NCBI GenBank assembly: GCA_016432325.1
Contig: CP066684.1
Span: 608,001 to 672,000 of the forward strand
Direction of reading: 5' to 3'
Source: Candidatus Aenigmatarchaeota archaeon
GTDB lineage: Archaea > Aenigmatarchaeota > Aenigmatarchaeia > PWEA01 > JACQIF01
Length of the DNA: 64,000 nt
Shown: one piece after another, positions 40,265 through 50,368 of the stretch
How positions within the stretch are numbered: position 1 is the first letter of the stretch
How the letters are laid out: every line of letters begins with the position of its first letter
The notes under the pieces: generated by a model
The model's input: the letters and a program-made list of their open reading frames with translations, nothing else
Told to the model about the DNA's origin: nothing
Database searches by the model: none
Position numbers and translations under genes: made by a program

Positions 40265-40885
40265 TTATTCAAAGATTCTCGTTCCGTAGGGCCACATTTT
40301 GAAGGCTTCCCAGACGGTGTGCGTCTGAGGGGAGTATATGGCGGCTCCCGTCTTTGTCGGCCTTACTGTATCGCAGTCAAGCGAGACGAGGCTGTTCTTC
40401 TCCAGACGGCTCACGTGTTTTCGCATTTGCTCCTTTCCTGCCATATGGATATTCGCCAAATCGCCGAGCGTCAGCTCTCCGGCCTCGGCGATTGCTCTCA
40501 TTGTCGTGGCCGAGTTGCGCATGACAGGCGCCTGTTCTATCTCGAGAAGCAGGCGGGCCAGCGCCGGAGTATCCCCGAGGGCGGTGTAGTACAGGTTCCT
40601 CCCTGCGTACGTCCTGTCTCTCCCGCCGCCGCAATTGGTCCCAGCGACTATACTGTATCCCCTGCCGCCTATGGACGGAGACAGATACGCTGCATCGGAG
40701 ACGTTGCCGAATATCGCGGGCAGCTGCTTGGCGATAAGTTTGATGCCGTTGCCCTCGAAGTACGAAAGCCATTCCTTTGTGAAGCCGCCGAAGTTTGAGG
40801 CGAATCTCTTGACATCGGCGTCCTTCTCAACCAGCGCTCTCGCCCGGATTATCTGCTCCGAAGGTCCTTGCCATGACATAAACAT
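40265..40885 (-). CDS. Hypothetical protein with a C-terminal winged HTH
   Basis: LTLGDLA...MRKHVSRLEKNSLV...TKTG pattern. Confidence 0.65.
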   Translation of the reverse strand: MFMSWQGPSEQIIRARALVEKDADVKRFASNFGGFTKEWLSYFEGNGIKLIAKQLPAIFGNVSDAAYLSPSIGGRGYSIVAGTNCGGGRDRTYAGRNLYYTALGDTPALARLLLEIEQAPVMRNSATTMRAIAEAGELTLGDLANIHMAGKEQMRKHVSRLEKNSLVSLDCDTVRPTKTGAAIYSPQTHTVWEAFKMWPYGTRIFE

Positions 40886-40948
40886 ACACCGTAAGTCCCT
40901 GCGAGTGGTTACAATAGCTATTTAAGCGTTGCGCGCGCACGCGTAACC

Positions 40949-41478
40949 GGTGTGCCGGCGAGCGACTACCGGTGCGTTAGAATCACGAAGTTCCGGGTAA
41001 CACCGGGGCTAGTGTTGAGCACTGAGGAAGGTCCGCCCACCCGAGAAAGGCGCAGCGTGGAAACACGCCGTCCCGCGAGGGACGACTTGGTATCAGAAAC
41101 GGATTGGCACGGATTCGGGATGACCTCCGGCGACTATGTCTCCGCCGCCAAATGAAACGGACCAAGAGCGTGTACGGAAACTGCGGTTTCCGACACATCG
41201 GAAAGCACGGCTTTCCGAATGCTGGTGCAAGGCCAAGTAGGCCCTGATGAGGTTACGAAGGGCGGGTAGGCTGCTGTTTCCGTGCGCAAGCGCGGAAAAC
41301 TCGGAGGCGCAAGCCTTCGCAGAAGATGAATGTCGCATGGGCCTCCTGTGATGCGCGGAGTTGGCCGCGGTTCGAAACTGCGGCGAGCTGCTGCGCAGAG
41401 GGCCCTAACACAAGGTGGACTACGTCCGTTTTCGGGGGAAACCCCGAAAAGCCGGGGCCGCAAGGCCCCGCGCACACC
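40949..41478 (+). ncRNA. rnpB: RNase P RNA, ~530 nt with several hairpin insertions
   Basis: GAGGAAGGTCCGCC / AACACAAGGTGGACT P4 pairing, CAGAAA, GAAAC, GGTGCAA and GATGAATG motifs; terminal GGTGTGC/GCACACC stem; upstream TATTTAAG. Confidence 0.9.
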
Positions 41479-41565
41479 ACAATTACTTCTCTTTAGCCTA
41501 AACATTCGTTCACCGAAAAGCTTTTTGTTATGGGACGCACACTAGAAGCAGTGGGTAGTGGGGAC

Positions 41566-41760
41566 ATGGGTTGCACGAATTGCGGTGGCGCCTGCAGGGA
41601 CGCGGTGTTCAGCGTAAGGTATGGCGGCCAGATGATCGACTTCTGCGGACCTGATTGCAACATTGGATTCGAAACAGGAGCGAAGGCAGGCGGAGCGCCG
41701 GGGTACAGGCTTGCAAGCTTCAAGGAGACAGGCGCGCGCACAGCGGCTCCGTCGGCGTGA
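41566..41760 (+). CDS. Small Cys-motif (TRASH/YHS-like) protein
   Basis: CxxC...FCxxxC pattern. Confidence 0.55.
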   Translation: MGCTNCGGACRDAVFSVRYGGQMIDFCGPDCNIGFETGAKAGGAPGYRLASFKETGARTAAPSA

Positions 41761-41803
41761 GCGTTCAGAACGGGTATAAATCTTTTTCGCGACTACGTCA
41801 GCC

Positions 41804-43219
41804 ATGTGTTCTATATGCGCGATAAGTTCCAGCGGGAACAGCAGAGAAACGCTGACCGACTTGGTCAAACTAATCTTCTCCGGGGAGAACCGCGGCAACG
41901 AGTCTATCGGCGCGGCCGCGTACAACGGCAAGTTCGTCTGCGCGAAGAGGATGGGCGTCAATCTTGATGCGCTAGGATACGACCTTCTCCGCTCCATGGG
42001 CGACGCCGGCATCAGCGCTGGCGTCGGGCAGACGCGCTATTCCACTTCAGGACAGAGCGACATAGACCACGCCCAGCCTTTCACTATAAAGGGCAAGAGC
42101 GAGTTCGTCATAAACCACAATGGCACCGTGGCCAATGCACAGGAGCTCGTCAAGAAGCATGGTCTTCCTGTGAAGACTCACAGCGACACGGAGGCTCTGG
42201 GCCAGCTCATCGCCGGCTATTCAGACATAGAAACGGGCATACGAGAGGCATCAAAGGACGCGATAGGCGGTTGGAACCTGTCGTTGCTCGAACCCGACGG
42301 CACCATTTACGTCTTCAGGGATCCAATGGGGTTCAGTCCGTTGTTTTATCAACAGGACGAAGAAGGCTTCACCGCGGCTTCAGAAGATTCGGCTCTGTTT
42401 GCGGTGGGAAGGTTTGCTCCGGAAAGGGTGGAACCCGGAGAGCTGCTTGTCGTGAGAGAGGGGCGCTCTGAAAGGAGGCGCCTCGTCAAGCCGACGCTGA
42501 CCGAGTGCCCATTCGAACCCGCATATTTTATGAAGACCGGAAGCACATATCGCGACGACCTAGTCCATGATATCAGGAGAGACATTGGCTGGATTCTTGG
42601 GAAACGCGAGGGCCTAAGAGGCGACGACGTCGTCGTGATGCCCATACTAGAGTCCGGGAGATATTACGCCGAGGGCCTCGCGGATGCGGCGGATCTGGAA
42701 TATGCGGAGGGCCTGATGAAAAACAGGGGCAAGCGCGTCTACATGCACCCTGATGAACGCGCCAAGATAGGCGGAACGTGGAACCGCCAGGACTGGGCGG
42801 CGTTAAAGCACGTGCCCCTGCCTCCAGTGGTGCGCGGCAAGCGTCTCATAGTCACGGACGATTCGATAGTGCGCGGCGATACGACGCGGGTCGTTACGAA
42901 GAATCTCAGGACAGCAGGCGCCGCAGAGGTTCACTGGCGAATCGGTTTTCCCCCTGTAAAGTGGGGTTGCATTTACAAGATGGACCACCAGAAGCGCTCT
43001 GAACTTATCGCCGCGAGAGCGCAAGATGCACATGCGCATACAGAAAGGTATGTGACGAGGTTTGTAGGCGCGGACAGCGTGCACTACCCCACGTGGGCCG
43101 AGGTAAGATCGGTTCTGGAAAGCAACGAAGATTTCGGCAGGGACAACCACTGCACGGCTTGTTTTACAGGAAAATATCCGACGCGCGTGCCTGAGGAAGC
43201 GCGAAGAGCTATCGAGTAA
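41804..43219 (+). CDS. purF: Amidophosphoribosyltransferase (divergent)
   Basis: N-terminal MC, TRYST, AQPF, HNG, DDSIVRGDT and CTACFTGKYP motifs. Confidence 0.9.
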   Translation: MCSICAISSSGNSRETLTDLVKLIFSGENRGNESIGAAAYNGKFVCAKRMGVNLDALGYDLLRSMGDAGISAGVGQTRYSTSGQSDIDHAQPFTIKGKSEFVINHNGTVANAQELVKKHGLPVKTHSDTEALGQLIAGYSDIETGIREASKDAIGGWNLSLLEPDGTIYVFRDPMGFSPLFYQQDEEGFTAASEDSALFAVGRFAPERVEPGELLVVREGRSERRRLVKPTLTECPFEPAYFMKTGSTYRDDLVHDIRRDIGWILGKREGLRGDDVVVMPILESGRYYAEGLADAADLEYAEGLMKNRGKRVYMHPDERAKIGGTWNRQDWAALKHVPLPPVVRGKRLIVTDDSIVRGDTTRVVTKNLRTAGAAEVHWRIGFPPVKWGCIYKMDHQKRSELIAARAQDAHAHTERYVTRFVGADSVHYPTWAEVRSVLESNEDFGRDNHCTACFTGKYPTRVPEEARRAIE

Positions 43220-44012
43220 TATTGCTCCAGCAGCGCAGTAGGGTGCGCGCCGCGAGGTTCGCCGTCGGATTTCCAAAACGGTCTGAGGCTACTTCTGTGA
43301 CGTCAAGACCGATGACGCGCGAAGCGAACACGCGGTCTATCAGTTCGAAGATTTCCTTGGGCGTAAACCCGTTCGGCTCCGGAAAGCCCGTGTCAGGCGC
43401 ATACGCCGGGTCGAACGAGTCCATGTCTATCGTCACGTAAACGGGACCTTTGAGTTTTGAGGGAAGTTTTGTCTTCACTCCCAGCTTCTTCATGGTTTTT
43501 TCTACCTCGGGCATGGTCGCGCGTACGCCGAGCAGCACGATCTCGCAGTTCAGTTCTTTCGCGGCGTGATAGAGCCACGTCGCATGGCTGTACGAAACAC
43601 CTTCATGGCTCTCCCAGAGATCGGGGTGCGCGTCGAACGAGACGATAGTTCGCGGCTTGAGTTCGCGCACGACTGGAAGCGTAATCGAGTGCTCGCCTCC
43701 AAGCACGGTCAGGAGCGCCTTTGGATTCTGGCGCACTATCGAGGCGACAGTATCGCGCACTCGGCGGTCCGTCTCTTCAAAAGAGCCTGGAGCGACGTCG
43801 ACGTCGCCTGCGTCGTGCACGCGCAGATCGAACGCCCTCTTCTTCTCGGGGATATAGTAGTGAAGGTGCTTCAACGCGTTGCGTATAAGGGCTGGCCCGT
43901 ATCTCTGCAGAGGGTGCGCGATTGACGTAGAATCGAAAGGCACGCCCAGCACACAGACGTTTGCGTCGCTGAGCGGGTACTCCACCGTAAAGGATTTCGA
44001 GGCGTATAGCAT
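43209..44012 (-). CDS. speB: Agmatinase (ureohydrolase family)
   Basis: GGEHSIT, FDAHPD and TIDMDSFDP motifs; near the aIF5A gene. Confidence 0.88.
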   Translation of the reverse strand: MLYASKSFTVEYPLSDANVCVLGVPFDSTSIAHPLQRYGPALIRNALKHLHYYIPEKKRAFDLRVHDAGDVDVAPGSFEETDRRVRDTVASIVRQNPKALLTVLGGEHSITLPVVRELKPRTIVSFDAHPDLWESHEGVSYSHATWLYHAAKELNCEIVLLGVRATMPEVEKTMKKLGVKTKLPSKLKGPVYVTIDMDSFDPAYAPDTGFPEPNGFTPKEIFELIDRVFASRVIGLDVTEVASDRFGNPTANLAARTLLRCWSNITR

Positions 44013-44062
44013 TGTTAGGCTTCCCGAAGAAAGAATAAAAAGGCGTCGCGCGTAGGCGTACC

Positions 44063-44656
44063 ATGGACTCGTCTGTAAAGATACTTTTGCTGGGTGTAGT
44101 GCTGATATTCCTGTACGCCTCGTTCAGAACCGGAACTCTTGGGGAACTCGCCGCGCCATTGACAGAACGCTCGACACCAATCTCGGGTCTAATCGCGTCC
44201 GTAACACAACACGTGACATCCGCCGACGCCGTCGGGGTGGGGCTCTATGCGTTTGCTTCGAGGCTGTTCTTCCTGCCGCTGCCGCTGGAACCGTACATAG
44301 CATATGCGTACGGCACTGGCACGAACTTCCTCGTGTTGGCGCTGGCAGTGGCCGCGTTCGGCACGATAGGGTCTGCAGTAACGTACGCGGTCGGCAGGTT
44401 TCTCGGAAGGTATGTAGTGAAGGAAGGCAAGTGGAAGAGACGCGCAGAGAGGGTCAAGGATTCGAAGTTCGTTTCGCCTGCCATATTCCTCGCCGCCCTG
44501 CTGCCGCTGCCGGAGGTGGTCGGTCTGGTTTTCGGCGCTGTTCGGATCAGTCTCAACAAGTATATGGTCTATACGTTCGCCGGGCTCGCGGCGAAGACGC
44601 TGCTGCTGGTGTTGCTGTTCGATTACCTGAAACAGTATTTGCAGTTTGCTATCTAG
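44063..44656 (+). CDS. DedA/VTT-domain membrane protein
   Basis: PLPLE, GSAVTYAVGR and LLPLP motifs. Confidence 0.8.
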   Translation: MDSSVKILLLGVVLIFLYASFRTGTLGELAAPLTERSTPISGLIASVTQHVTSADAVGVGLYAFASRLFFLPLPLEPYIAYAYGTGTNFLVLALAVAAFGTIGSAVTYAVGRFLGRYVVKEGKWKRRAERVKDSKFVSPAIFLAALLPLPEVVGLVFGAVRISLNKYMVYTFAGLAAKTLLLVLLFDYLKQYLQFAI

Positions 44657-44671
44657 CGTGGTAACGTATTT

Positions 44672-44785
44672 CGCACGGGAAGCGAGGCTTCCCGGCGTGT
44701 CGAAACCCTAGGGTTTCGTACATCCATAAAGGCTTTCATTCGGAAGCGAAGCTTCCGATGTGCCGGAACTTCGTTCCGTGCATGC
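44672..44785. repeat. Two tandem double-hairpin elements between convergent genes
   Basis: CGGGAAGC/GCTTCCCG, CGAAACC/GGTTTCG, TCGGAAGC/GCTTCCGA, CGGAAC/GTTCCG; same linkers as the RNase P insert at 41171-41221. Confidence 0.85.
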
Positions 44786-44818
44786 GCGTTGAGCTTATGT
44801 CCCATAGCGCAAAAGGCT

Positions 44819-45211
44819 CTATCCCATCAACAGTTTCTTGCCAAGAACTTCCCAATACGTCAGCTCTTTGCCCTGCTCAAGCTGGCCCCTTAGTTCTTCC
44901 GGTATCTTGGATTCAAATGTCTCGAATGTTTGCATGTCCATGAGTTGAACCGTGTCTCCTGTGACTGCGAGAATCTGGGCCGTGCGTTTGTCTATTATAG
45001 GAACTCCAATCGTCTGGTCGCCTGGCTTGACGATTTCGCGCTTGCGCCCGTCCGTGAGGCCGACGGCGACGATGCGACACTTCGCAGAGCCGTGTTTCCC
45101 CGGCTTTGAGATGTCTATGGAGAGTACCTTGCATGCCTCGTCGTCGATTATGCAGAACTTGCCGACCTTGAGATTCTTCGCTTCCGTCAGCGTTTTGTCC
45201 CCTTCACCCAT
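44819..45211 (-). CDS. eif5a: Translation factor aIF5A
   Basis: SKPGKHGSAK hypusine motif. Confidence 0.97.
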   Translation of the reverse strand: MGEGDKTLTEAKNLKVGKFCIIDDEACKVLSIDISKPGKHGSAKCRIVAVGLTDGRKREIVKPGDQTIGVPIIDKRTAQILAVTGDTVQLMDMQTFETFESKIPEELRGQLEQGKELTYWEVLGKKLLMG

Positions 45212-45293
45212 GTATGTCACCAACTTCCGCACGGCGGGACTGTCATCTCTTGGCCACCAGTTTTATAGTTTCCCGCGGGAAGATTAAAATTGG

Positions 45294-45497
45294 TCATCGT
45301 TTGGCCACCAGTTTTATATCGTCTTCTTTCACTGTCACGCGGCCCGCATGCTTCGCGGCCACCGAGGCGTCTTTGGCCATCGCATCCGCGACTTCTTCAA
45401 CGTATTCGCGCAGCTCTTCGACGGCTTTGTCCGAGATGCGTTTCGCGCCTGCCTTCTTCGCGATGCGCTTGAGCGGCGCTAACGGCAAGAGAGTCAT
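45294..45497 (-). CDS. Archaeal histone (HMf family)
   Basis: LPLAPLKRI.K.AGA.RIS...KHAGRVTVKEDDI. Confidence 0.95.
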   Translation of the reverse strand: MTLLPLAPLKRIAKKAGAKRISDKAVEELREYVEEVADAMAKDASVAAKHAGRVTVKEDDIKLVAKR

Positions 45498-45626
45498 TTA
45501 CTGGTCCCTCTTCGAGTCTCTGAGTGTACGGGAAGCGATACTTCCCGACATATCGAAACCTCGTTTCGTACACGGTAAATTCATAGAACCAGAAACGACT
45601 TTGGAGAACACGTATATAAGCGTTGC

Positions 45627-45998
45627 CTAGAGTTCGCGCAATCGTGCGTGTTCGCTCCAGACGTCCGTGGGGAGCGTGTCGTATATTGACGGTTTCGTTT
45701 CTGAGGGTTTCTGTTGCGGAACATAAGTACCGTCGAGTATGGGTTGCGCGAACGTCCAGTAGAACTCCCTGAACGTGTTGTCCTCGTTCTGCACTCGTCT
45801 GAACGCGACTAGCTTCTTGGCCTCGAGCGTGTATAGAACAGAACGTTCTTGCGCGCCCAGAAGGTTGTCGTCTATTTCTTTCCGATTGCCGAATCTCTTG
45901 CAGAGACTGTCGACGAGCGCCTCGGCGTCCGTGCCGTCCATTTCAAACTCTGCCGTAAGGGCCTTCAAGAGCGATCTGCGGACCGGTTTGCTTACCAT
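45627..45998 (-). CDS. Putative winged-helix protein
   Basis: IDDNLL...R.VLYTLEAKKLV...REFYW pattern. Confidence 0.65.
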   Translation of the reverse strand: MVSKPVRRSLLKALTAEFEMDGTDAEALVDSLCKRFGNRKEIDDNLLGAQERSVLYTLEAKKLVAFRRVQNEDNTFREFYWTFAQPILDGTYVPQQKPSETKPSIYDTLPTDVWSEHARLREL

Positions 45999-46047
45999 TA
46001 AAACGCCCGTAATGGGAACCGCGGCGAGTTATTTATAGAACAATCGT

Positions 46048-46278
46048 TTAGCGGATCTTCTGCGACGCCGCGCGCAGGCCGGTCTTTGTAAGCGCCAGAT
46101 TCTCCTCGCCGAACAGCTTTATGCGTGACAGCATGCCCGAACGCTCGAGAGAGACCAGCGCCTCTTCGACGTCCTTCTCGTTGAAATGCCTTTCAAGAAG
46201 GGCCGAGCGGACGGCCTTCGTATAGACCAGATGGTTCTTGGCGAGGTTCTCCACTATCGCTAGCTCTGCAGAATCCAT
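46048..46278 (-). CDS. Small winged-helix protein
   Basis: VEEALVSLERSGML...LALTKTG pattern. Confidence 0.65.
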   Translation of the reverse strand: MDSAELAIVENLAKNHLVYTKAVRSALLERHFNEKDVEEALVSLERSGMLSRIKLFGEENLALTKTGLRAASQKIR

Positions 46279-46346
46279 AGAATCGCCGTGTCCGTTCTGT
46301 ATTCTACGAATCGGCATTTATATAGGTTTACGCAGATGTTGGTCGT

Positions 46347-46793
46347 ATGCCTGTAGTGGGGATCGGAATCAGGAAGATAGAAGCGTCAAGAAACGAACTG
46401 TCCGAGAGAGGGATGGGAGTGGGGCAGTCCCCGCACGTCAAGGACATGAAGAAGACGAAGATAGACGCGCTCGGCGCGGAAGGCCTGGAGATATCGTACG
46501 AATACGTCTTCGATTACAAAGGCGCCGACAGGAAGAAGTTGATAGCCAACATCACGTTTTCAGGAGAGGCTGTGTACCTGCCCGAAAAGGGCGACGATCT
46601 GGAGGAGCTGCTCGCCAAGTGGAAGAAGGAGAAGAGGGTTCCGTCCAAGATATTCGTTCCGGTGGTCAATACCATCATACGCAGGTGCGTCTCCCGCGCC
46701 CTCGTGCTCGCCGAGGATCTCAACCTCCCGCCTCCGATAAACATTCCCATAGTGCGCATCGAAAAGAAGAAGAAAGACGTGGAAGCCGGTTAA
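46347..46793 (+). CDS. Conserved archaeal protein, possibly SecB-like fold
   Basis: KIEASR, beta-rich core and EDLNLPPPINIP tail. Confidence 0.65.
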   Translation: MPVVGIGIRKIEASRNELSERGMGVGQSPHVKDMKKTKIDALGAEGLEISYEYVFDYKGADRKKLIANITFSGEAVYLPEKGDDLEELLAKWKKEKRVPSKIFVPVVNTIIRRCVSRALVLAEDLNLPPPINIPIVRIEKKKKDVEAG

Positions 46794-46808
46794 CGCAAGG
46801 GCGTTGAG

Positions 46809-47057
46809 ATGAAAGAACGAAATTCCTCTGTTACGATTCGCCAGGAAACGGGCTGCGCGCCTCCGGAAGGATTCTGGACTTCCGTAGTAACGAACGTGGA
46901 GTTCAACGGCTTGGTTGACGTCACATACAGAATCTCCACCGAACGCGGCGACGCCGTGCTGGCAGACGCACGCGTACCCGTTACCGCGAGCGTCGGCGTG
47001 AGGCACAACAGCGCCATCGTGTATTACGACGCCGACGACATCAGAAGGCGCGTTTAG
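46809..47057 (+). CDS. Hypothetical protein
   Basis: 82-aa ORF following 46347-46793. Confidence 0.5.
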   Translation: MKERNSSVTIRQETGCAPPEGFWTSVVTNVEFNGLVDVTYRISTERGDAVLADARVPVTASVGVRHNSAIVYYDADDIRRRV

Positions 47058-47239
47058 CCCGCGTTTCGCCTAATCTCCCTTCTGCGCGCGTTTCATTCCG
47101 TTTCCTTCTCTCTCCGCCCTGTTCCACGCGTGGGTTCTCGCGAACTCTCACATTCGAGTGAGGTTTAATCTATATGCTATAACATGTGTGTTAGCATCTC
47201 TATGTTATGAAGCGCCTATCGTAATAGCTAGTCAACAAC

Positions 47240-47737
47240 CTATATGTTCTGGTCTTCTTTTAATTCGCCCGACTTGATCAGGGCCGTCTTCACGACAGAG
47301 CGCCACTCGCCTGAGAGCTTGTTGAGGTGGTTCGCGAAGGCGAGAGAAGGCTTCAGAATCATAAACCAGCCGCGCGAAGGGTTTGATGCGTTGACCTCGC
47401 GCTTGCGTTCGAGCAGTCCGAAGCGGACGAGCTTGGGGATTATCACGTTGTACGCGGTCGCGTCCGGTATGGCGTGCTCCTTGAGGCACGCCGTGAGCAT
47501 CGTCTTGTCAACGCCCTTGGGATTTTGCAGCACGAGCGCCAACAGCTTCATCGCGTGACTGTGCGAGCGCTCCTGGTATTCGCGCGGGAAGACGTGGTTC
47601 ACGATGTCGTTGAGTTCCCAGCGCACGTCGGGATCCGTTGTTTTCCACGTTTTCCCCAGTATGGAAGGATAGAAAAGCGATTCCTTCGTAGTGAGGCGGT
47701 CTTTGACCGGAATCGGATTCGCGTTGCCTTTTACCAT
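47240..47737 (-). CDS. Winged-helix DNA-binding protein
   Basis: ATAYNVIIPKLVRFGLLERKRE...ILKPS pattern. Confidence 0.75.
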   Translation of the reverse strand: MVKGNANPIPVKDRLTTKESLFYPSILGKTWKTTDPDVRWELNDIVNHVFPREYQERSHSHAMKLLALVLQNPKGVDKTMLTACLKEHAIPDATAYNVIIPKLVRFGLLERKREVNASNPSRGWFMILKPSLAFANHLNKLSGEWRSVVKTALIKSGELKEDQNI

Positions 47738-47913
47738 ATTCCTAGTTCATAGCGTATCGATATAAATATTCGCGACTGCCGCAGAAAGGATTTGTATCGT
47801 ACCGTTATTGAGTAAGCCTATTGGGCCCGTATACCCGTGATTATATGGCAAAAAGGGGCCTCTGGGACCGAATGAGGCCGTCTGGTTTATCGAAACGGTG
47901 TGCGTGCGTATTC

Positions 47914-48255
47914 TCACTTTTTCGCTTTTTTCGGCAACAATTTCTCGATGTCTATCTTCTTCTCCTTGTTCATCTTGGAAAATTTCCTCGCCAGCCCCTC
48001 GACGTCATGGGCGATATCCACGCCGTCTCCTGTCAAAGCGATGAGCTTGATGCGCCCCTTCTTCTTGAACTCGACGAGGCCGAGCTGCTGGAACGCGTTG
48101 AGAACCTTTATCGTATGACTGTACGTGCAATCGACCCCCTTCGCGACCTGCGTCGCGTATTTGGGGATGCCGCCCTGCTTCAGGAAGACCAGCATCTCCG
48201 TTGGCTTGTCCTGCAGGAACAGTTCCTTGAACACATTAGGAGCCGATTTTGACAA
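47914..48255 (-). CDS. MarR-like winged-helix regulator
   Basis: YATQVAKGVDCTYSHTIKVL...GLVEFKKKGRIKLIALT; TTG start after a GGTGGGG SD. Confidence 0.85.
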   Translation of the reverse strand: MSKSAPNVFKELFLQDKPTEMLVFLKQGGIPKYATQVAKGVDCTYSHTIKVLNAFQQLGLVEFKKKGRIKLIALTGDGVDIAHDVEGLARKFSKMNKEKKIDIEKLLPKKAKK

Positions 48256-48480
48256 TTCCCCCACCCGAACGGCGCCGCGCTCCCGCGCGCGGCCCCAAGT
48301 TCCGATTCTTCTATACGCGGCCTTTATATTTAAGCCTGAATATTTCCACAATTGGGTTAAAATGTATATGATTTAACATCTTGTTCATAACAGCAATGAC
48401 TATCTCTCGATGTTATGATATATATGATAAATCGTGTGTGACATGTCCTATAGACTATAACCATTGGTTTTCGATGTTTT

Positions 48481-49503
48481 TCACACAACCCGTTCCAGAG
48501 CGCGCGACGCGGCGACTATGAGGAGGCCGAAGACCACAGACAGGAACAGATTCTGGTACCCCTGCTCGGGCAGCAGGATCGCATTCGACGCCTGGAACGC
48601 GACGAGCGACAGCCCGGCTCCCATAGCGGCGTACGTTACGTATTTAGCGACCTCCCTGCGGCTGCGCGCCGCGCCCACGACCTTGCCGACCAGCGCTATC
48701 GCATAGCCTGTGAAAACGAGGAAGACCGCCCCGCCGATGAAAGCCGCCAGCGTCTCTATCATGTTGCCGGCGCGCGCGAGCTGTATCGAATCATACCCCT
48801 GCTTCAGCGACACCAGGCCGACCAGCATCGCGGCCGCGTAGAAGTAAAACGTGACGCGCCTCTTCTCGAACGACGTGGTTATCTCGTTGACGATGGCCGC
48901 GACGCGCGATTCGAGCTGGAACCCTTTAATCAGCAGGTACGCGCCGAGAACGCCCAGCACGATTCTCCATCCTGTCGTATCGAAGATGGCCAGAAGCAGG
49001 AACGCGAGAGCGGGGAAGCCGAGGACAACCTTGGACATCTTCGGGTTTTCTATGAAGTCGTGTATCACGTAGTACATTCCCTCGAGATTTTCGGATTGCT
49101 TCATCACGACGCGCTTGACGGCCGCTATCTCGGCTCTTGACTGGATAATGGGCATCACGTGCTCGTCCTGCGCGCCGTCCGTGATAAGAACGACCTTTTT
49201 CGCCGACGTCTTGCCGAGAACGCCGTCCAGCTGCTTGGACAGCTTCATGTCCGAACGCACTCCGACGTCTGCGTCTCCTGTCAGGGTGACGACCTCGACC
49301 TTGTGACCGTCGCCTTTCATCTTGTCGTATGTGCGTATGGCCTCGAAGACTGTGTTCGAATCCGAATCCTCGGGATCCGCGAGAGCCAAAGCGGTGGCTG
49401 CCTTGAGATTCGCCTCGCGGCCCACTATCGGGCCCTTTATCTTGGCCTTGCGGCCCATGTCGTCGTCCCGGTCTATGCAGAGCACGAGTGTTTTAGCGGA
49501 CAC
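48481..49503 (-). CDS. DUF373 family archaeal membrane protein
   Basis: LVLCIDRDDD.G.K, DPEDSDSN, DGAQDE and VMKQS motifs. Confidence 0.9.
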   Translation of the reverse strand: MSAKTLVLCIDRDDDMGRKAKIKGPIVGREANLKAATALALADPEDSDSNTVFEAIRTYDKMKGDGHKVEVVTLTGDADVGVRSDMKLSKQLDGVLGKTSAKKVVLITDGAQDEHVMPIIQSRAEIAAVKRVVMKQSENLEGMYYVIHDFIENPKMSKVVLGFPALAFLLLAIFDTTGWRIVLGVLGAYLLIKGFQLESRVAAIVNEITTSFEKRRVTFYFYAAAMLVGLVSLKQGYDSIQLARAGNMIETLAAFIGGAVFLVFTGYAIALVGKVVGAARSRREVAKYVTYAAMGAGLSLVAFQASNAILLPEQGYQNLFLSVVFGLLIVAASRALERVV

Positions 49504-49566
49504 AAAATCCCCACGAGAAGAGTGCGGGAAAGCGATTTAAATACCATTAGGCGAGGTTATAGCGTT

Positions 49567-49776
49567 ATGACAGACATTCCGTTGGCGCCTTGCGAGAAGA
49601 TTCTCCGGAGAAACGGAGCCCCGCGAGTCAGCGCAGAAGGCGTACGGGAGTTTGCGCTGGTTCTCGAAGGCGTCACCGCAGACATCGCGAAAGAGGCCGC
49701 CGAGCTGGCGCAGCACGCGGGCCGCAACACAGTGATGGTCGAGGACGTCAGGCTCGCCAGAAAGAACAGGAAGTGA
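49567..49776 (+). CDS. Archaeal histone (second, divergent paralog)
   Basis: MTDIPLAPCEKI...RVS...HAGRNTVMVEDV. Confidence 0.92.
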   Translation: MTDIPLAPCEKILRRNGAPRVSAEGVREFALVLEGVTADIAKEAAELAQHAGRNTVMVEDVRLARKNRK

Positions 49777-49822
49777 GACTCGGAGCTTCCCGAGCGAAGG
49801 AGGGAAGATTGAAGTCGAAACT

Positions 49823-50074
49823 TCAGAGGCTTCGTATCTCTGCGGAGATTGTGTTGAGCCTGTTATCGTAGTATGCAATCAAGGAGGCTGTCGCTACGGA
49901 TCCCACGACAATCGCGTTTACTACCATCTGCATGTTGGGAACGCCTAAATAGAAGAAAGCCGCGCTTATCGTCAGTGTTGCAAGCGTTATGACGGCAATC
50001 TGAAGATACGCCAACTGCCTTTGAAACTCGTTGTCGAGCAGGTTTTTTGACAACCGAAACGCTCTATCTGTCAC
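49823..50074 (-). CDS. Small 2-TM protein
   Basis: KNLLD motif followed by two hydrophobic helices. Confidence 0.6.
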   Translation of the reverse strand: MTDRAFRLSKNLLDNEFQRQLAYLQIAVITLATLTISAAFFYLGVPNMQMVVNAIVVGSVATASLIAYYDNRLNTISAEIRSL

Positions 50075-50225
50075 CAGAACCACCGAGTAGCAGGATGAAT
50101 CCCAAGACGAAGGTCAGTATGGATGCGAATGAGATGACGGATGGAGAAAAGTAGAAATATCCCAAAACTCCGGCGGCCATCAAGAACATCCCAATCTCGT
50201 GTTTGCTAACCGGATATTTGCTCAT
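50064..50225 (-). CDS. Small 2-TM protein, absent from the ORF track
   Basis: 53 aa, MSKYPVSKHEIGMFLMAAG... Confidence 0.55.
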   Translation of the reverse strand: MSKYPVSKHEIGMFLMAAGVLGYFYFSPSVISFASILTFVLGFILLLGGSGDR

Positions 50226-50368
50226 AGGGATGTCTTTGCCTTACTGGGTAATAAAGTTTCCTTACCACTGCAGTGGTGATGCCTCGCTTTCCATACCGCT
50301 GTCCTTTCCGCGCTTACCACCGCGGTGGTCGTGCATGTTATTTATAGGAGCGCCGCGAATGTGCGGGC

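Noticed and set aside
44660-44815. Additional tRNA in this hairpin-rich gap (likewise 56100-56290)
   Set aside because: No acceptor stem, T-loop or CCA on either strand; treated as palindromic repeats.
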